A stretch of 64,000 nucleotides of DNA, the filler included, from Octopus bimaculoides (taxonomy: Eukaryota), in the NCBI RefSeq assembly GCF_001194135.2. It is 8 parts of 8 records of this genome, joined end to end, with 100 filler letters (N's around TTAATTAATTAA, not from the genome) between each part and the next. Parts side by side here need not be neighbours in the genome. Positions count along the whole stretch, not along the records: positions 58,821 to 62,834 come from NC_068999.1; positions 62,935 to 64,000 come from NW_026389490.1; 6 more parts are not named here. The stretch is one strand, 5' to 3'. The notes under the pieces were generated by a model that saw nothing but the letters and a program-made list of their open reading frames with translations, did no database searches and had not been told where the DNA came from. Shown here one piece after another: positions 59,590 through 64,000 of the stretch. How positions within the stretch are numbered: the first letter of the stretch is position 1; each line of letters begins with the position of its first letter. A program made the position numbers and the translations under genes.

Positions 59590-61330
59590 GGACATATAGC
59601 TTACAGGACAATTGGAATAGATGTTTCTTCACAGAAATGTCTACATGTATATGCAGTTTTCTTGTGCTTCTGATGTAGGATTTGTCACAGATGATCTCAT
59701 ATACAACATAGGTCCTGTGGCACAATTGAAGATCATTGATGGGACAGTTCGACAATGTGCACTACTCAGAGTAATGAAGTGTTGTTCTTGGACAGAGCTT
59801 TTCTCAGGGAAGGGCCAGTGTGCACTATCTGCATGTCAAGTCCTTCCAACTGTGTGTTGTATCGCTGCAGTAGTTCTGTCATCAAAGTGTGGTAGCTTTA
59901 GGAAGCACATGCCAGACTTGGGAGTATGATGGTTCTTCCGGGGTTTATAGATGTTTTTCAGGCGCCGTTGTTTAGCTAAAGATGGTGGGTAGCCATTCAG
60001 GATTAGGTCTCTGAGGAACTGTCTGCTGTTGACGGCTTTGTCAGTCATGTTACTGAAATTGTTATATACATACAATCATACAAATGTCCTCTTTCCAATT
60101 GAGGGTTCTTTGTCGAGCAAATTACTTAGTGACCCTGCCAGTGCTGGTGCCATGAAAAAAGTACCCAGTACACTCTGTAAAGTGAATAGCATTAGAAAGG
60201 GTATCCAGCCATAGAAACCATTCCAAAGTGGCTCTGGTGGGTAAGGCTGATTGGTAGTAGACAAAAAGTTTTCTATTAGCGGCTTTTCTATAGAATTTGG
60301 TAAATATGGAGCCTTCTTCTGCGATCTTGAGTTGGAAGTTGAGTAGAGAGAGAGTTCCAGATTCGTCTGGATGTTCAATCTCGAATTTGATGTTTATGTT
60401 GGTGTTATTGAAGGTCCAGTATATGTTAATGGCCTCATCCGTGGAGGATGTGATGATAAGGATGTCATCAATGTACCTAGAGAAGAAGATGCATGAGTGG
60501 CAGCTGTTGAGTGCTGTGCGTTCTAGCTCATCCATGCATGCCATGGCCGGCAGGCTTGAAAGCCTAGATCCCATAGGTAGGCTGTTTGTAAATCACACTA
60601 TTATATTGAAAGGTGTTACCAACTATAATGGTTAATAACTCTCGTATGTCTGAGGGTGTGAGGATGAAGAGCTGGAGGTTGATGGATGGGGAGGTGGGAG
60701 AAGATGGGGAGGAGGAGGCTGCAGGAGAGGAAGAGATGAAGACGGAGGTGACGGGCAAGGAGATGTGGGGGGAGAATATCAATGGCCGGGAGATGTGGTC
60801 TATGAGAATATCAATGACTGGAAGAGTGGGTACAGAGGTGTAGAGGGAAACTACGTCTAAACTAAAAGGGTATTTGTTAGTTTTAAGTATGGCGGGGTCA
60901 ATATCTTTGAGTCTTGTGAAGATTTCATAGGAGCTGCTGACGTGTCCAGGGAATGCGTGTAGTAAGGACTTGAGGAGTTTAGAGAGGAACCAAGAAATCT
61001 TATAGAAAGGACTGTTAATTCCTGATACTATGGGACTGATTTTAAGCTTAGGTCCAGGTTTTTGAGTTTTTATTAAATAGTAGAAGGATGGAAGGGTGGT
61101 GTTTTTAGATCTGTAGTTCAGCCTAGTCTTCTTAGAGAGATTCCTTTGGTGAAAGATATTGGTCCAGCTGGTGTTGATGGTGGACTCCAGTTGGTGAGGT
61201 GTGATGTTGTAAACCTTTTCATAACAGTGAGTCCCTGGGGTGTTCGATAGCTAGTTTGGGGTTGTGAGGGGAAGGGTGGAGTGGGTTATCGAGATGGTAG
61301 ATGGGGTATCTAAGTCATAACCACGAAATA
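59590..61330 (-). mobile_element. Degraded Penelope-like element (RT + GIY-YIG)
   Basis: PSFYYLIKTQKP...PIVSG, FSLDVVSLYTSVP, MGSRLS...SRYIDDIL, FYRK, NGYP and VVYEIICDKSYIRSTRKLH in frameshifted minus-strand ORFs. Confidence 0.9.
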
Positions 61331-61702
61331 TGGAATACAAGGTAAGTCTACATTAATTTATATATTTTTCTTGACCTTGCATTTACTACGCATTGTTTTA
61401 GTCTTACTCACGATCCTTTACACTATATATATATATATATATATAAGGTTGAGGAGGGTATTGGATTTAACCAAACCCCGGAGGATACAGGTAATACCGA
61501 GTAAGTGCTTTCGTTCCAACATAAATTTCCGGATTATTCACACAAGGATTAATCTGCACGAATTTCTACAAGGATATTTACCACTGGAATGAAACTACTC
61601 TTCAAGTACTGTTCTCTCTTTTTTCAGCACATCACACTCTTTACCACTTCATACTAAAAATATCCGCCTATGGCTATAATAATAGATAACTTTATTTTTT
61701 CT

Positions 61703-61751
61703 GTCTCCGATGAAGGGAAGTACTGGATCTTCTCAGAAACAGCTGTAAGAC
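61703..61751 (+). ncRNA. Minimal type I hammerhead ribozyme motif (Penelope-associated type)
   Basis: gtct-CCGATGA-a-gggaag(tactggat)cttctc-a-GAAA-cagctg-TA-agac. Palindromic stem III, predicted GUA cleavage after 61747, non-canonical U4C core. Confidence 0.6.
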
Positions 61752-62834
61752 TCTATCCATAAAATTCTTCAACCTTACCTTTGCTCTCTTTATCCTTTTG
61801 TTTTTATATATTTACATATATATATATATGTAAGGAACGACCGTGTGATAACCGTTACACACACACACACATATATAATAATAATAATAATAATAATATT
61901 AGGGATAAAATCCAAAATTACAGGTAAAAACTCAATTGAAATCAATTTATTAAAAATTAAAATTAAATTAAGCTTCACAGAATGAAATATATATAAATAT
62001 ATAGTTTTAGGGAATAGAACCAAGGTTCATGAACTCATCGATGAAAATCCACTGTCACATATAGAAAAATTAATAATTAAAAGCACAATAAATGAGTATA
62101 ATATAATACAAAGAAAATATCATAAGATAAAGATAATATAATTGTATATATATATATATATACAATGAAGGCAATGAACAAAAATAAGACAAGGGAATAG
62201 TTTTAACAACTATTGTATCTGTTTAATGCTTAAACTTAAAATCATTTAATGCTTTAATGTTAAAATCAAGTAATTTTTAAGGTTAAAAAGATTGCGCTAG
62301 TAATGACCATTATTTATATATACATATATATAAGATGAACTTCTTTCAGTTTACCAAATACAATAAGAAAGTTTCGATCATACGGAGAATGGAAGTGCCT
62401 TGTAATTGAAAGTGGAAGTGCGTTGTAATTGAAAAAACAACTTTCTTGCGTCTATATCCACGCATGCGCTTATGTAATAATAAAATGAAAAGTCATTGAC
62501 TTCCTCGGTGCTATGATTTTCTTTTTTTCTCACTGTGTTTCTATCTTTTTCTTTCTCTCTTTGTGTGTTTGTCCGTCTCTCTAGATATATTTTATATATA
62601 AATATATGCACGCGCGCACATACGTAAGTACGTATGTCTATATGTATGAGCGTATATTAAGTTACGAAAGTTACGCGAGGGCCTCGATTCTCTTTTGTAA
62701 CTTTTCAGCCGATTAAAATACGATGTTCTAACCTCTTGTATTGAGTTCTATTTCTCCTTTTTTCTTTCACCAAATCCTATCTCTCTGTCACTTTCTATAT
62801 GTGTATGCACACACACACACACACACGCATATAT

Positions 62835-62934
62835 NNNNNNNNNNNNNNNNNNNNNNNNNNNNNNNNNNNNNNNNNNNNTTAATTAATTAANNNNNNNNNN
62901 NNNNNNNNNNNNNNNNNNNNNNNNNNNNNNNNNN
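62835..62934. other. Artificial scaffold spacer
   Basis: 44 N + TTAATTAATTAA (62879-62890) + 44 N. Confidence 0.97.
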
Positions 62935-63427
62935 AAGCTGTAACTGAGGGAGAAAATGTATTGATTCTCTGGGACTTCTCTGTACATACCGACAAAACTA
63001 TAAAATCTAATAAACCGGATATTATTATAAAAGATCAGACAAAGAAGAAGTGTTTAATTGACATGAGTATTCCTTGCGATCATAATATAATGGCGAAAGA
63101 ATTTGACAAGATCAGTAAATATAAAGACTTGCTAACAGAAACTGAAACCTATTTGAAAATGGTACCAGGCTTACCATCCCTACAGGAAGTGCAAAAAATT
63201 GTGTTAACTGGAATGACTCATGTACTGAGAAGAGCATTATCGCTGTGAAAACAACATCCATTCACGAATTTATTTATTTATTAATTTTTTTTTTAAATAC
63301 ATATTTTACCTGTGAATTTGCGTGTATAAACTGGGAATGCATACAATGAGCTACTCTGCCCTAGGTGTATGGAAAACACTCAGCAAGAAATGGAAGAAAA
63401 TTTGAAGAAAGAAGAAAAAAACAACAC

Positions 63428-63467
<40 letters not shown>

Positions 63468-63480
63468 GTAGTAGTAGTAA
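62935..63480 (+). mobile_element. R4/Dong-type LINE 3' end with (TAA)n tail
   Basis: Same family as 25241-26020 (WDFSVHTDKTIKSNKPDIII...KISKY) with an internal deletion. The 3' UTR ends in (TAA)n(TAG)n. Confidence 0.88.
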
Positions 63481-64000
63481 TTTATAAAGACTGATGTAAC
63501 TCTTCACAAAGAATGATAGAATAAGTACCAGGTTTACAAAGAATAAGTCCTGGGATCGATTTCTTTAAGAGGCAGTGCTCCAGCATTGTTGCAGTAACCT
63601 ATATTTATTTTTTTTTAATTATTTCTAAGAGTAATTGTAATCCTTTTTATAGTTCAATGTCAAAGTTCTGTTGTTTTTAACTTACTTTTTTTACATGTAG
63701 ATTTATCTTCAAAATAATCATCTTTACAGGCACACACTTGATTTTCGCAAGTGGTAAATGCACCTTTGCAGGTTATATCTTTATCACATTTCCCATTAAG
63801 TGCTACTTCTGCAATGAAACACATTAATTACAAAAATTAAATTGTGTATACCAACTTATAATAATAATTATTATATTAAAATTTATGGAACTCAACAACA
63901 GAAATAATGCATTTCTGAATTGTTAGATATTGCTAGATTTTCTCTTATGGTGATATATTTTTGTTATTATATTTATTATTCATTATTTTAGGAAGATATC

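Overview
AT-rich, microsatellite- and transposon-dense animal genomic DNA. The SINE/LINE content suggests an octopus (inference, not verified). The window is not natively contiguous: seven identical 100-bp spacers (44 N + TTAATTAATTAA + 44 N) join eight blocks, and there are further internal N gaps. One host gene is recognisable: the first three coding exons of a NUFIP1 orthologue on the minus strand (47304-46897, 43353-43237, 38103-38041). They have matching phase-0 junctions, two C2H2-type fingers and a promoter-like ETS/E-box cluster; later exons were not found. Most other recognisable sequence is TE-derived: three tRNA-derived SINE families, RTE, R4/Dong-type and Tx1-like LINEs, Penelope-like elements with minimal hammerhead motifs, mariner and maT-like transposons, MITEs, Helitrons, and Gypsy/solo LTRs. 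Most long ORFs in the supplied track are artefacts of N runs and simple repeats. The most notable observations are: two twin-priming-type 5' inversions in non-L1 LINEs; a 39-bp hairpin inside a phase-compatible cryptic exon in NUFIP1 intron 2; hammerheads sharing an A.A junction, one between 26-bp inverted repeats; a solo LTR carrying an array of 43-bp hairpins; a ~520-bp palindrome; and a 203-bp templated insertion. No prokaryotic-type system such as CRISPR is supported.
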